DNA of 64,000 bases from Bacteroidia bacterium (GTDB lineage: Bacteria > Bacteroidota > Bacteroidia > SpSt-205), in the NCBI GenBank assembly GCA_026414975.1, contig JAOAHZ010000001.1, positions 247,547 through 311,546 of the forward strand, read 5' to 3'. Positions 7,899 through 18,097 of this stretch are shown piece by piece. The translations under genes and the position numbers were made by a program. The notes under the pieces are model-generated. The model saw nothing but the letters and a program-made list of their open reading frames with translations, made no database searches and was not told where the DNA came from. Position 1 is the stretch's first letter; each line of letters begins with the position of its first letter.

Positions 7899-10652
7899 AT
7901 GTGGAAGTTGCGGGTGGGCCTCGTGATAGCTATTCTCTGGGCCCAAACGACTCCCCGCCGATATCGGATTTTGGTGCGAGATGCCCAGACGCAGGAGGCA
8001 TTAGCGGGGGCAACCGTGGTGCCTCAAAAAGCGGGCTTATCTGGTGCCTTAACAGACTCCTTAGGTGTAGCCACTCTTTCCCTCCCTGTCTCTGCTGAAA
8101 CCCTGTGGATAGAAGTACGATACATGGGGTATGAGCCAGGCCGCGTGCCGATTACATCTCGCACGGGACTCTTGGTAGATATTGTCCTCTACCCAGAGGG
8201 GGTGCAACAGGAAGCAGTGGTGATTGCTGGCATTCAAGAAACTCGTACTGAAGTAGCCCTTCTCTCAACCCTGCAGCAGATACCTCAAATTGCTACAGGC
8301 CTCTCGGCTCAGACGATTCAGCAAACCCCCGATCGGACGGCCGCGGCTGTTCTGAGTCGCATTACAGGGGTTTCCTTAAACGATGGACGGTTTTTAGTGG
8401 TTCGTGGCATGAATGAGCGCTACAATCCAATTCTATTCAATCGGCTTCCTGCTCTCAGCACTGAACCCGATAGCCGAGCTTTTGATCTGGAGCTTTTTCC
8501 AGTCGGTATCATAGACCAAGTCCGAGTTTATAAGACCCCTGCGGCTTATCAGACTGGAGAGTTCGGAGGGGGGCTGGTAGAAATCCTCACGCGGCGTAGC
8601 ACCGATAAACCCTCTATACATTGGCAGCTACGAACAGCCTACTTGCATGGTACTACATTTCGGCCAGGGCTTTACAACATAACCAGCCCCTCTGATCTGT
8701 GGGGAGGAGGTGTAACTGCCCGAGCCCTACCCAACGGCTTTCCTCAAGACCTCAATACTCTTTCTGCTATGGAGGCTCAGGCTTGGATGCAGCGCCTCCC
8801 CGAAAACTTTCAGTTGCGCTCTGTCAGAACCCTTCCACCCGCAGCCCAGTTATCTATTAGCTATGGGGCTCCTTTGTCTCAAAAGCTATGGTTTGTGGCC
8901 GGGGGGGCCTACAGCCGCAGTTATCAGACTATGCGTATAGAACGAAATCGGTATGAGGTGCTAGTTCTGCGGCCTGGAGCCAACGCCAAGCTCTTTAGCT
9001 ACGAGGATTACCAGACCACCCAGATGACCCGCTCTTTTGGTTTTCTGAATGTGCTCTGGATGCCCACGGCGGCGCATCAAATGGAGCTGAATGCGTTTTT
9101 AGCTCGGCTTGCGGAGGATGAGACGATTATTCGGGAGGGCTTCTCCTTTTATCAGCGTGGTAGCGATGTGCCCTTCCGAAACTACAGTATGCAATACTTA
9201 GCCCGAACCTTAGCTTCTCTCCAGCTTGGAGGGATGCATCGTTTCGCTGAGCGAAGTGCCCTACGATGGGACTGGGGCGGTAATCTCACCCTGCGTGAAG
9301 AGCCGGATTATCGTAGAGTACGCACCGTACGAGATGCAGGGGATACCATTTACCGCATCATCCTCCCACCTGGGCCGACGACTTTTGATGCAGCTCGCTT
9401 TTATAGCCAGCTAAGGCAGTATGGAACCTGTGCTCAGCTCTCCTTTCTGACCGAGGTAGCGGGTTGGAAGCTCGTTTCAGGCCTTCAGGGAGAGCTTAGT
9501 AGCCGCAAGTTTTGGGCTCGCTGGTTCTCTTATACGGTGCCTCCTACGACTTCGCCCACTTTTATTCAGTATTGGACGGCCCTCCCTATACAGGAGGCTT
9601 TCAGGGGGGAAAATTTACGAATGCTGCGTTTGCGAGAGGGGACGAATCCCACTGACCGCTACGAAGCCCTTCAGTATGTGGGAGCGGCTTACCTCTCAGG
9701 GGAGAAACGCTTGGGTCGCTTCTCCTTTCATATCGGCTCAAGGTACGAATACAGTGAGCAGCGCCTCCGCTCCGCTACGGCGACCGCTCCTGTCCGAGTG
9801 AATACCCCTTTCCCGCTTCTCATGCCTTTCGGTAATCTGTCTTATGCCCTAAAAGACAATCAGAAACTGCGTTTGGCTTACAGCCGTAGTCTCAACCGAC
9901 CTGCTTTGCGAGAGCTGGCACCTTTCCTGTATTACAACTTTGCCTTGGAAGTACAGCAGGCAGGTAGCCCCGACTTGCGTCCCGCTTCTCTTCATAACAT
10001 AGACCTGCGATACGAATGGACTCCTTCGTTAGACCAGCTCGTGGCCGTGGGGGCCTTTTACAAGCATGTAAAGAATCCCGTAGAGACTTACATCATTCGG
10101 GGAGCCGACCAACCTACGGTGGTTTTTAGAAATGCGCCGTATGCTAACCTATTTGGTGTTGAGTTGGAAGCGCGCCTGCGACTCTCCCGTCTGTTTTCTA
10201 TTCTCATGAATGCGGCCTATATCTGGAGCGAAGTAGATATGGGGCCGGCGGTAGGGGGCACCTTGCCAGGCCAGGCCCCTTCGCAAGCTCGCCTGCGTCC
10301 CCTTCAAGGCCAAGCCCCTTACCTCTTCAATGTCGTCTTATTCTATCAATCAGCCGATGGGCGCTGGGAAGCTGCTACCTCGGGCCAACTCATTGGTCCA
10401 AGGCTCTGGTGGGTGGGGGATAACTTCAATCCCAGCATTTTTGAAATGCCGCGCCCTATCTGGGATGCAAGCCTGCGACGCCAGTTGGGTAAATACTTCT
10501 ACATCCAACTCCAAGCCCGAGATATACTCAACACCCCTTTCGTCTATCGGCAAGACAGCGACCTCAGCGGGCGTATCAACCGCCGCGAGGATGTTATTTT
10601 CCGATATGTACGGGGTTCAGAATGGAGCCTAACCTTAGGATGGAAATGGTAG
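7899..10652 (+). CDS. TonB-dependent receptor with N-terminal carboxypeptidase-regulatory-like domain
   Basis: Signal ...ILWA|Q; plug motifs VVRGMNERYN and VYKTPAAYQTGEFGGG; barrel motifs SRSLNRPALRELAP and NIDLRYEW; C-terminal W. Confidence 0.9.
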   Translation: MWKLRVGLVIAILWAQTTPRRYRILVRDAQTQEALAGATVVPQKAGLSGALTDSLGVATLSLPVSAETLWIEVRYMGYEPGRVPITSRTGLLVDIVLYPEGVQQEAVVIAGIQETRTEVALLSTLQQIPQIATGLSAQTIQQTPDRTAAAVLSRITGVSLNDGRFLVVRGMNERYNPILFNRLPALSTEPDSRAFDLELFPVGIIDQVRVYKTPAAYQTGEFGGGLVEILTRRSTDKPSIHWQLRTAYLHGTTFRPGLYNITSPSDLWGGGVTARALPNGFPQDLNTLSAMEAQAWMQRLPENFQLRSVRTLPPAAQLSISYGAPLSQKLWFVAGGAYSRSYQTMRIERNRYEVLVLRPGANAKLFSYEDYQTTQMTRSFGFLNVLWMPTAAHQMELNAFLARLAEDETIIREGFSFYQRGSDVPFRNYSMQYLARTLASLQLGGMHRFAERSALRWDWGGNLTLREEPDYRRVRTVRDAGDTIYRIILPPGPTTFDAARFYSQLRQYGTCAQLSFLTEVAGWKLVSGLQGELSSRKFWARWFSYTVPPTTSPTFIQYWTALPIQEAFRGENLRMLRLREGTNPTDRYEALQYVGAAYLSGEKRLGRFSFHIGSRYEYSEQRLRSATATAPVRVNTPFPLLMPFGNLSYALKDNQKLRLAYSRSLNRPALRELAPFLYYNFALEVQQAGSPDLRPASLHNIDLRYEWTPSLDQLVAVGAFYKHVKNPVETYIIRGADQPTVVFRNAPYANLFGVELEARLRLSRLFSILMNAAYIWSEVDMGPAVGGTLPGQAPSQARLRPLQGQAPYLFNVVLFYQSADGRWEAATSGQLIGPRLWWVGDNFNPSIFEMPRPIWDASLRRQLGKYFYIQLQARDILNTPFVYRQDSDLSGRINRREDVIFRYVRGSEWSLTLGWKW

Positions 10653-10672
10653 GCAGATGGGGTAAGAATGTC

Positions 10673-13150
10673 CTAAGGCGTGGAAGGCAAGGCCGAAAGC
10701 GTGCATCGCTTCCGCTCAGAGTCCGTCCAGAATAAATAAGAAGTCCCTTTCCACGAGAAAAGCCAAGCCTCTGCGCAGGTAGGGTCAGGGAGTTTCGCAG
10801 GTTTCATATTATCCAAGCGTGTGCCCTCATAAAGGAGGTATCCAGTAGGTATGCGCAGAAGGAGCCGATACACATGGCCGTCATGCAAGAGATGATAGGT
10901 GGTTCGCTCGGGTACGGGGCTCAGAAATAAGCCTTTTTGAACTAAGGAACCCTCCCGAGAAAAAACGCCATAGACAAGGTCCCATCTACCTGAGATATGA
11001 CCTAAGCACAAGACCAAGATTTCACCTGAAGGCAGACGGTAAAGTCTGGGATACAAGTGATGGTTATACCCCAAGGGTGAGGTGTGCTGCCAACGCCGCT
11101 CTCCTGTTGAGGAGACGGCTATAACCCGGAGGGCCTGCTGATAAGGATCCGGCGCCTCTTCACAAAAAGCGAGATATAAACCGCCCTGTTCATCGGTGAT
11201 AGCGTGAAGGAATCGCTGAGGTTTAGAGGTGGGAGAGAGGAAGGTGGGATTATTGGTACCGATCGGCCCAAAGCTATAAGCGATTTGATACCTGCCGTTT
11301 AGCTCTTCTTGCCAAACGTGGTGCACTTGAGTAACATCGCCCGCAAAAGCCAAGAAGGGGCTATTCTGGAAGGTGCGAGTAACGCGCCAACCTATCTCAG
11401 GACTTAGAGGGGCTATGCTGCGCAGGTAAAGGTCAAATCCAGTCTCCTCCATGCTGCGGTTATCCGTCCAATAGACATACAGACGGTTTGAATGAGCCAG
11501 CCACTGGGCTTCGGTTTGGACTCGGTCGGCGTTGCATACAGGCAAGGGTTTAGAGAAGAGCTTTTTCCCTTGGGGCGTCAGCGCTTGCACAAACAAGTCA
11601 GATTCTACATCTGTTTCCTCAGCCTCCCACAACAACCATAAAGTATCGCCCTGGAGGTGAAGCTGAACGCTTTTCTGGGTGAGGGGCAGCTGCGGACCTA
11701 TGGCTACACCTAAATCTGGCCAAAGCGGTTGGCCTTCTGCTGATAGAAGCTGAGCGTAAAGTTGGGGGCGGTCTGCGCTGTCCCGATCATCGCGCCACAG
11801 TAGTATAAGACGCCCATTCCATGTGGCTGCGCTAAGGGCTGAAACCTGAGCGTAAGGGCGTTTAGTATTCCCAGCCAAGCGGCGGTGTAAGCGAATTTCC
11901 CCTTGGGTAGTCAAGAGGGCTATATGCGGCTGTGTGCCTATTTCACCCTCATCATCTAAATAGGCCACCCAAAACAACTGAAAGTCTTGGGCAGCAATCC
12001 TCAGGGAATGCTGCTGAGAGGGCCTTGTTACTAGCGGGCGTCCTGCAAACTCCCAGAGGGGCTTTCCCTCGGCTGAATAACGCTGGAAGTAAATGTCGCC
12101 TTGCAGACGACGATAGTCTATCCATAAGGCGATAAGTTCGTTCTGAAAATAATCTAAGACAAGTTGGGTGCTGCGTTGAGGGCCCGGTAGCCGCACTAAT
12201 GGGACACCTTCAGGGGAGAGAAGGGGCTTGCCAGTAGAGATGTCTATCTGCTGGTAGTACAGGTCCCAATCTTGATGCCGACTGTCCTCCCATACAACGA
12301 GCAGTTCTGTGCCTCGCTTGTAAATCCGAGCCGACTGCTGATCCCCCGGCTCTCGGCAGATGGGTACCTCATATAGGCGGGACCCCATGCGATTGTAGCG
12401 CACCAAATACAGGTCCTTACCAAAACCCGATAAAGAAATGCCTTCATACACGCAAAGCATGCCTCCAAATCCATCACTAATAATATCTAAACCCTCTGTG
12501 CTATGAGGAAGCTGAGAGAGGGGGCGAGCAGGTGTATCAGACTTGCCTTGCCAAAGCCATTTCTGGAAGAATACCTCCCAGCGGTGGCCTGTGTAGGTCT
12601 CCCACAATACAAGAAATCCTTCTATACTGCCTCCAATCAAGCGGATGTGACGACAAGGCGATTCAGAAGAAAGCACATTTTCAGACAACAGTTGCCCTCT
12701 GATATCCCAGAAGTATAACCTAAGTACATTCTCTCTGCGCAAGAGGGCTACTAATCCACCAGCCGGCTGAGCCAAGAGAGCAAGCTCCTGAGCAGGGAAA
12801 GGTACCTCTGCGTTCCACCAGATGACCCCGTCTTCATTTAGGCCCCGCAGGTAAGTTTTATTAGAAGTGCTCCAAGCTATGTAGAGCCAGTTTTTCTCTC
12901 CAAGGCTGGCTTGCCAGGTCGTTACAGGGTCTTTAACTCCGCATGAGAGACACATACCGTTTTTGCCGAGCGGCTCGTATCCGCTGGTATCAATCAAATG
13001 CAGGTATAGATGGGTTGTTCCTTCTCGGTTAGATAGATACCCTACCCATGCTTGTTGAGCATACCCCGAGAATAGATGTAAGTCTCGAGCAACCTGCTTG
13101 TACGCCGTGGGAATCTGCCAAGACTGGCTCCAGAGAAGTAGAAGTAGCAT
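10673..13150 (-). CDS. Exported repeat protein, probable multi-blade beta-propeller
   Basis: 825-aa ORF with a recurring W-x-D-x-R...D-[IL]-Y-x-Q unit (VWEDSRHQDWDLYYQQI, LWIDYRRLQGDIYFQRY, YWTDNRSMEETGFDLYLRSI). N-terminus is MLLLLLWS|Q. Confidence 0.7.
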   Translation of the reverse strand: MLLLLLWSQSWQIPTAYKQVARDLHLFSGYAQQAWVGYLSNREGTTHLYLHLIDTSGYEPLGKNGMCLSCGVKDPVTTWQASLGEKNWLYIAWSTSNKTYLRGLNEDGVIWWNAEVPFPAQELALLAQPAGGLVALLRRENVLRLYFWDIRGQLLSENVLSSESPCRHIRLIGGSIEGFLVLWETYTGHRWEVFFQKWLWQGKSDTPARPLSQLPHSTEGLDIISDGFGGMLCVYEGISLSGFGKDLYLVRYNRMGSRLYEVPICREPGDQQSARIYKRGTELLVVWEDSRHQDWDLYYQQIDISTGKPLLSPEGVPLVRLPGPQRSTQLVLDYFQNELIALWIDYRRLQGDIYFQRYSAEGKPLWEFAGRPLVTRPSQQHSLRIAAQDFQLFWVAYLDDEGEIGTQPHIALLTTQGEIRLHRRLAGNTKRPYAQVSALSAATWNGRLILLWRDDRDSADRPQLYAQLLSAEGQPLWPDLGVAIGPQLPLTQKSVQLHLQGDTLWLLWEAEETDVESDLFVQALTPQGKKLFSKPLPVCNADRVQTEAQWLAHSNRLYVYWTDNRSMEETGFDLYLRSIAPLSPEIGWRVTRTFQNSPFLAFAGDVTQVHHVWQEELNGRYQIAYSFGPIGTNNPTFLSPTSKPQRFLHAITDEQGGLYLAFCEEAPDPYQQALRVIAVSSTGERRWQHTSPLGYNHHLYPRLYRLPSGEILVLCLGHISGRWDLVYGVFSREGSLVQKGLFLSPVPERTTYHLLHDGHVYRLLLRIPTGYLLYEGTRLDNMKPAKLPDPTCAEAWLFSWKGTSYLFWTDSERKRCTLSALPSTP

Positions 13151-13154
13151 CCCA

Positions 13155-13192
13155 CGAATGTAATCCTAACATATCGCTCCGATGTATATTTG
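13155..13192. promoter_or_regulatory. Divergent -7 boxes (TACATTCG on minus 13155-13162; TATATTTG on plus 13185-13192)
   Basis: They lie 4 nt and 6 nt from the ATGs at 13150 (-) and 13199 (+). Confidence 0.6.
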
Positions 13193-13198
13193 GGGGTG

Positions 13199-13831
13199 AT
13201 GAAGGGATACCGGCTCGGGCTTCTAGCAGTCCCATTGCTGATAGGAGGGTGCTGCTCCGACTCTCTGGCTTATGACTCGGAGGCTAAACGCTTTGATTTG
13301 AGTGCCCCCTTGGCTATTGGTGGCAATACGCTGAATGGAGGCCTATGGATACGCCAAGTCCCCTCCGCCGAATGGGGCTATTCTGCCCAGATTCAAGTAG
13401 AAGGCCCGTATGTAAGCACTACTAAGGCCTTAGGTATCGTTACGATAAATGACAAAGGAGAATACGAAGACCGATTTGTGATATGGGGGGATGGGAAAGG
13501 TGTGGCATTCGCGCCGTTTGAGTTTCGTGCTCCCATAACGGTGAAAGAGATTCTCGCCAAAGATTCAGAGCACCGCTGGCCCGATTATGTCTTGGCTCCG
13601 GGGTATCGCTTGCGATCCTTATACGAGTTGGAGGCCTATATTCGTCAGCACAGCCGATTACCCGGCCTGATTTCCGCGGAAGAAGCGGCTCAAAAAGGTG
13701 TCCCCATGTTAGAAATCCAACGCATCTTGGTGGAGAAAGTAGAGGAGCTGACTCTCTACACCATAGCTCTTCAACGCCAGATAGACTCTCTCAAACAGGT
13801 AGTCTTAGCCACTCGCCAATCGTGTAAATAA
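13199..13831 (+). CDS. Lipoprotein with C-terminal tail-fibre-chaperone-like (S74-related) coiled-coil domain
   Basis: Lipobox LIGG|C. The WPDYVLAPGYRLRSLYELEAYI...LVEKVEELTLYTI motif is common at the ends of Bacteroidota trimeric fibre-like proteins. Confidence 0.65.
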   Translation: MKGYRLGLLAVPLLIGGCCSDSLAYDSEAKRFDLSAPLAIGGNTLNGGLWIRQVPSAEWGYSAQIQVEGPYVSTTKALGIVTINDKGEYEDRFVIWGDGKGVAFAPFEFRAPITVKEILAKDSEHRWPDYVLAPGYRLRSLYELEAYIRQHSRLPGLISAEEAAQKGVPMLEIQRILVEKVEELTLYTIALQRQIDSLKQVVLATRQSCK

Positions 13832-13842
13832 TGGAACTTCGT

Positions 13843-13850
13843 TACCTTTG
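13843..13850 (+). promoter_or_regulatory. -7 promoter box of the act operon (TACCTTTG)
   Basis: Exact TAnnTTTG match 20 nt upstream of ATG 13871. Confidence 0.6.
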
Positions 13851-13870
13851 CTTCGGTTTTTCAGATACAA

Positions 13871-15052
13871 ATGAAATCCGCCATGCGTAGTCTATGGCTC
13901 CTGATAGGGTTTGTGTGGGCCCAGGATGGCAAGGCTCTTTTCCAGGCTAACTGCGCATCCTGCCACGCCATAAATCGCCGAGTTGTAGGTCCTGCTCTAA
14001 AAGGTGTCCATGAGCGATGGGGAGGGGATGAAGCGGAGCTCACCAAGTTTATCCACAACTCTCAGGCTTACATAAATGGCAACTTCAAAAACTCGGCCTA
14101 CGCCAAAAAGCTCTATGAAGAGTACAATAAGGCCGTGATGACGGCCTTTACTGCTTTGTCGGATGCGGAGATAAAGTCCATTTTGGATTATATCAAGGCC
14201 GAAACGGAGGCTCTCTCTAAAGCTAGCGACTCAGCTCCCGCAGCTGTGGCCGAAGGGGGTTCTAATGCTGCGGGAGGAGGTGGAGAGGTTAGCCCCATCC
14301 TCTGGGTGCTTGTTCTGGCCTTAGGAGCCATAGCTATCGCCCTGCTGGTGGCCACGCTAGCCCTATCTCGTCTCTTGCGACCTGAACCTGAGCCATCAGC
14401 CGTTTCTCAGCCTGCAGCCATAGAAAGGATTCGTAAGCTCTTGGTGTCTCGACGCTTCATTGCCCTGGCCGCCCTGCTTGCCGTCATTTGGCTCACTAAC
14501 GCCACCATTAAGAAGGCCCGCTCTGTCGGGCTTCATAAGGGTTATCAACCCGTTCAGCCTATCGCTTTTTCTCACAAAACCCACTCTGGTGAATACAAGA
14601 TAGCCTGCCAATACTGCCATATTGGCGTGGAGAAAGGCAAGTCGGCTACGATACCCTCTACCAACATCTGCATGAACTGCCACACTTATATTCAAGAGGG
14701 CTCCCGCTATGGCACGAAGGAAATCGGCAAAATCTTGGCATCTTGGGAACAAGGCAAGCCGATAGAGTGGGTCCGCATTCATAATCTGCCCGATTATGTC
14801 TACTTCAATCACGCTCAGCATGTCAAGGTAGGAGGTATCGCCTGCCAAACCTGCCATGGGCCAGTAGAGGAAATGGAAGAAGTTTATCAGTATAGCGACC
14901 TTAGCATGGGATGGTGTATAAACTGCCACAGACAGACTAAAGTGGACCTCGCAGCGAATCCGTATTATGCTCGCCTCCACGAGCAACTCAAAGAGAAGGA
15001 AGTTACAGTGGAAAGGATAGGGGGGTTGGAATGTTCCAAATGCCACTATTGA
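13871..15052 (+). CDS. actA: Alternative complex III subunit A, six-heme cytochrome c (monoheme plus pentaheme)
   Basis: Six CxxCH motifs (CASCH, CQYCH, CMNCH, CQTCH, CINCH, CSKCH), two TM helices, QPIAFSHKTH and YVYFNHAQHV. Confidence 0.92.
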   Translation: MKSAMRSLWLLIGFVWAQDGKALFQANCASCHAINRRVVGPALKGVHERWGGDEAELTKFIHNSQAYINGNFKNSAYAKKLYEEYNKAVMTAFTALSDAEIKSILDYIKAETEALSKASDSAPAAVAEGGSNAAGGGGEVSPILWVLVLALGAIAIALLVATLALSRLLRPEPEPSAVSQPAAIERIRKLLVSRRFIALAALLAVIWLTNATIKKARSVGLHKGYQPVQPIAFSHKTHSGEYKIACQYCHIGVEKGKSATIPSTNICMNCHTYIQEGSRYGTKEIGKILASWEQGKPIEWVRIHNLPDYVYFNHAQHVKVGGIACQTCHGPVEEMEEVYQYSDLSMGWCINCHRQTKVDLAANPYYARLHEQLKEKEVTVERIGGLECSKCHY

Positions 15053-15056
15053 GCCT

Positions 15057-18000
15057 ATGCAAGAGCTGGATAAAGATATCCCCGTAGAAATCCTCTGGGG
15101 TGAGGACTCCAATACGACTCGTCGCGACTTTCTCAAATGGTGCGGCATCACTGTCAGTGCAGCTGTTCTGGCGGCTTGCGAGAAAACGCCTGTAAAATAT
15201 GCCCTTCCCTATGTCAAAAAGCCCGCTGAGCATTTGCCGAGCCTCCCGGACTATTATGCAACGACATACTTTGATGGGCAGATATTTCAATCTGTTTTAG
15301 CCAAGGTACGGGAAGGTCGTCCCATCAAGATAGAAGGCAATCCTTCTTATCCGCTCGCGGGTGGAGGCACCCACCCCAGGGGTCAAGCCTCAGTACTTTC
15401 CTTGTATGACCACACACGCCTTCAGAAGCCCAAAATAGACGGTAAAGAAACGGACTGGGCGGCTTTTGGTGCGGCTTTCATGGAGAAGCTCAAAGCTCAA
15501 GATGCTTTGGGTCGCTTCATCTATCTCATTACGCCTCCTCTCATCAGTCCATCTCTTCAAGCACTCATTCAGGAGTGGCTCGCTGTGTTTAAGAACGCTC
15601 GTCATGTCATTTACGCTCCCGAATCATACGATGCCCTCCTGACCGCTCATGAAGTAATATTTGGGCGGCGCGTGGCGCCCACTTATCGCTTTGATAAAGC
15701 CGAAGTGATCGTGGGATTCAATGCAGACTTTTTGGGCACCTGGTTGGACCCGACCACTTTTGCCTATCAATGGGCCCAGAACCGCCAGCTTTATGGGGAC
15801 CGCACTGATCTGAGCTATCACATGCAGTTTGAGTCGGTGCCCACGATCACGGGCCTGAGTGCAGATCGTCGTGTATCGCTCTCGCCAATAGAGATACAGC
15901 GTGCGATTACCAGCCTTTATAATCGGGTGGCCGAGTTAGCGGGTCAGCCCCCTGCCACGAACGATCGGTGGGATACCCCAAAGGGCGATATCCAACATGC
16001 AGCAGAGCGATTATGGAAGGCTCGCGGTAGGGCCCTCGTAGTTGCTCGCTCTCACAGCCCCGCCCTTCAGGCTTTCGTCGCTGGTATAAACCTTCTACTA
16101 GACAGCTATGGAAATACAGCCTACGTGCAACCAGCTTGCCTTCTGAGGAGCGAGAGGGATAGGGACTTCGAGACTTTTCTCAGCGAAGCCCAAAAAGGTC
16201 AAGTTGGAGCTGTTCTGTTTTATCGGATAAATCCCGTCTATGATTATCCCGAGTCCGATGCAGTGGAAGCTGCACTCAAAACCATTCCTCTCACGGTCGC
16301 TATCCATATCCATGAGCACGAGACAGCCCGAAAATGCCAATATGTATTGGCTGAGGATCATTACTTAGAAAGCTGGGGTGATGCTCAGCCTTACGAGGGT
16401 CTTTATACCCTTCAGCAACCTACCATATCCAAGATTTTTTCAACGAAGTCGTTCCCAGAGATGCTTCTTAGTTGGCTGGGGCGAGGAGAATCCCATATGG
16501 ACTACCTCAAGTCCTACTGGGAGAAAAATGTATTTCCTGCGTACAAGGAGTTTGCTAAGTTGGGTAATGCTGGGAAGCTACAGCCGTTCTGGCCTTCTAC
16601 TGAGCCCTTCCTCCCTACTGAAACTGCAGAGCTCTTTTGGTTGAAGGCCTTAGAGCGGGGTGTAGTAAATATGACTGTGGAAGTCCCTGAGCCTCAGCCC
16701 AAAGCCAAAATCAACTGGAATCCTTCTCAGTGGGTGGCACAGCTTCCCGAAATGCATGAGGACATGTCCTTATCGGTCTATGTGTATGAGAAAGTGGGTA
16801 TTGGTGATGGAATGAATGCGGGCAACCCGTGGCTCCAAGAGCTCCCGGACCCCGTTTCTCGCGTCGCATGGGATAACTATGCCGTGGTGTCTCCCGTCTA
16901 TGCTCGCCAGGTTGGACTGAAGTCCAACGATGTCATTCGCTTGAAAGTAGGAGGAGTAAGCGTTGAGCTCCCTGTTTATGTTCTGCCTGGAGCCGACCCC
17001 AAGACTATAGCTGTCGCTATGGGATATGGGCGCACAGCAGGGGGGCGAGCTGCCGTAGGGGTTGGCAAAAATGCGTTTGTCTTTTTCACCAAGGCGCCTT
17101 CTGGTCATCGCAGTTGCGTCGCTTTGGGCGCTTCCGTCGAAAAGTTGCCTCAAACTTATGAGCTGGCTCGCATTCAGCAGTGGGAAACCTACGTGGGGCG
17201 TGAATACATCCGAGAAGCCTCCTTATCAGCCTATAAGGCTGACCGCCATGCGGGCAATCACGAAGAACCCAAGCTGATTAATCTCTGGTGGAAAGAGCAT
17301 AAGCAGCCTGGCCACCGGTGGGGAATGACTATAGACCTGAATCTATGTATAGGATGCGGGGCTTGTGTCGTGGCGTGTGTGGCAGAGAATAATATCGCTG
17401 TTGTGGGCCGGGACGAAATGCGTCGCGGCCGGGACATGCACTGGATACGGATAGACCGATACTTTACTTCCATAGCTGGACACACAGGTAAACCGGAGGA
17501 GTTTCCCCCTGCTCCTCCAGAGGACTTTCCACGAGCTTTCTTCCAGCCAATGTTATGCCAGCACTGTGACCATGCTCCTTGCGAGACGGTCTGCCCGGTC
17601 TTAGCTATCGCCCATAGCTCCGAAGGTATCAATCAGCAAGTGTACAACCGGTGCGTCGGTACTCGTTACTGTGCGAATAACTGCCCCTATAAAGTACGCC
17701 GATTCAACTGGTTTGATTATACGAATGCGGAACGGTGGGTCTTCAATCCCGTTGATGAACTGGGCCGTATGGTACTCAATCCCGATGTAACGGTGCGGGC
17801 CCGAGGAGTGATGGAAAAATGCAGCTTCTGCACGCAGCGCATCCAAGCAGCTAAGTTAGAGGCTAAGAAGCAAGGACGCCCTCTCCGAGATGGAGATGTA
17901 AAGACCGCTTGCCAACAGGCTTGTCCCACCGGTGGCATCGTCTTTGGTGATCTTAATGACCCAGATAGCCTCGTCTCTAAGCGGTCCGAAGAGCCAAGGG

Positions 18001-18095
18001 GTTATTATGCCCTCTCAGAACTCAATGTTCGTCCTTCCATCCGGTATATGGTCAAGATCCGAAACGAAGAACTCCCTCAAACCCAACATGTATAG
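15057..18095 (+). CDS. actB: ACIII subunit B, molybdopterin-oxidoreductase-like domain plus Fe-S domain
   Basis: Tat lipoprotein signal TRRDFLK...LAA|C, EGRPIKIEGNP, and Cys clusters CIGCGACVVAC, CQHCDHAPCETVCP, CVGTRYCANNCP, CSFC...CQQACP. Confidence 0.93.
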   Translation: MQELDKDIPVEILWGEDSNTTRRDFLKWCGITVSAAVLAACEKTPVKYALPYVKKPAEHLPSLPDYYATTYFDGQIFQSVLAKVREGRPIKIEGNPSYPLAGGGTHPRGQASVLSLYDHTRLQKPKIDGKETDWAAFGAAFMEKLKAQDALGRFIYLITPPLISPSLQALIQEWLAVFKNARHVIYAPESYDALLTAHEVIFGRRVAPTYRFDKAEVIVGFNADFLGTWLDPTTFAYQWAQNRQLYGDRTDLSYHMQFESVPTITGLSADRRVSLSPIEIQRAITSLYNRVAELAGQPPATNDRWDTPKGDIQHAAERLWKARGRALVVARSHSPALQAFVAGINLLLDSYGNTAYVQPACLLRSERDRDFETFLSEAQKGQVGAVLFYRINPVYDYPESDAVEAALKTIPLTVAIHIHEHETARKCQYVLAEDHYLESWGDAQPYEGLYTLQQPTISKIFSTKSFPEMLLSWLGRGESHMDYLKSYWEKNVFPAYKEFAKLGNAGKLQPFWPSTEPFLPTETAELFWLKALERGVVNMTVEVPEPQPKAKINWNPSQWVAQLPEMHEDMSLSVYVYEKVGIGDGMNAGNPWLQELPDPVSRVAWDNYAVVSPVYARQVGLKSNDVIRLKVGGVSVELPVYVLPGADPKTIAVAMGYGRTAGGRAAVGVGKNAFVFFTKAPSGHRSCVALGASVEKLPQTYELARIQQWETYVGREYIREASLSAYKADRHAGNHEEPKLINLWWKEHKQPGHRWGMTIDLNLCIGCGACVVACVAENNIAVVGRDEMRRGRDMHWIRIDRYFTSIAGHTGKPEEFPPAPPEDFPRAFFQPMLCQHCDHAPCETVCPVLAIAHSSEGINQQVYNRCVGTRYCANNCPYKVRRFNWFDYTNAERWVFNPVDELGRMVLNPDVTVRARGVMEKCSFCTQRIQAAKLEAKKQGRPLRDGDVKTACQQACPTGGIVFGDLNDPDSLVSKRSEEPRGYYALSELNVRPSIRYMVKIRNEELPQTQHV

Positions 18096-18097
18096 CT

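Noticed and set aside
13199..13831. Prophage or contractile injection system suggested by the fibre-chaperone-like domain and the AAA ATPase
   Set aside because: No capsid, sheath, tube, baseplate, integrase or lysis genes appear anywhere in the window.
14396..15151. 251-aa antisense ORF over actA/actB
   Set aside because: Shadow of a well-conserved heme-protein gene, with no motifs or promoter box of its own.
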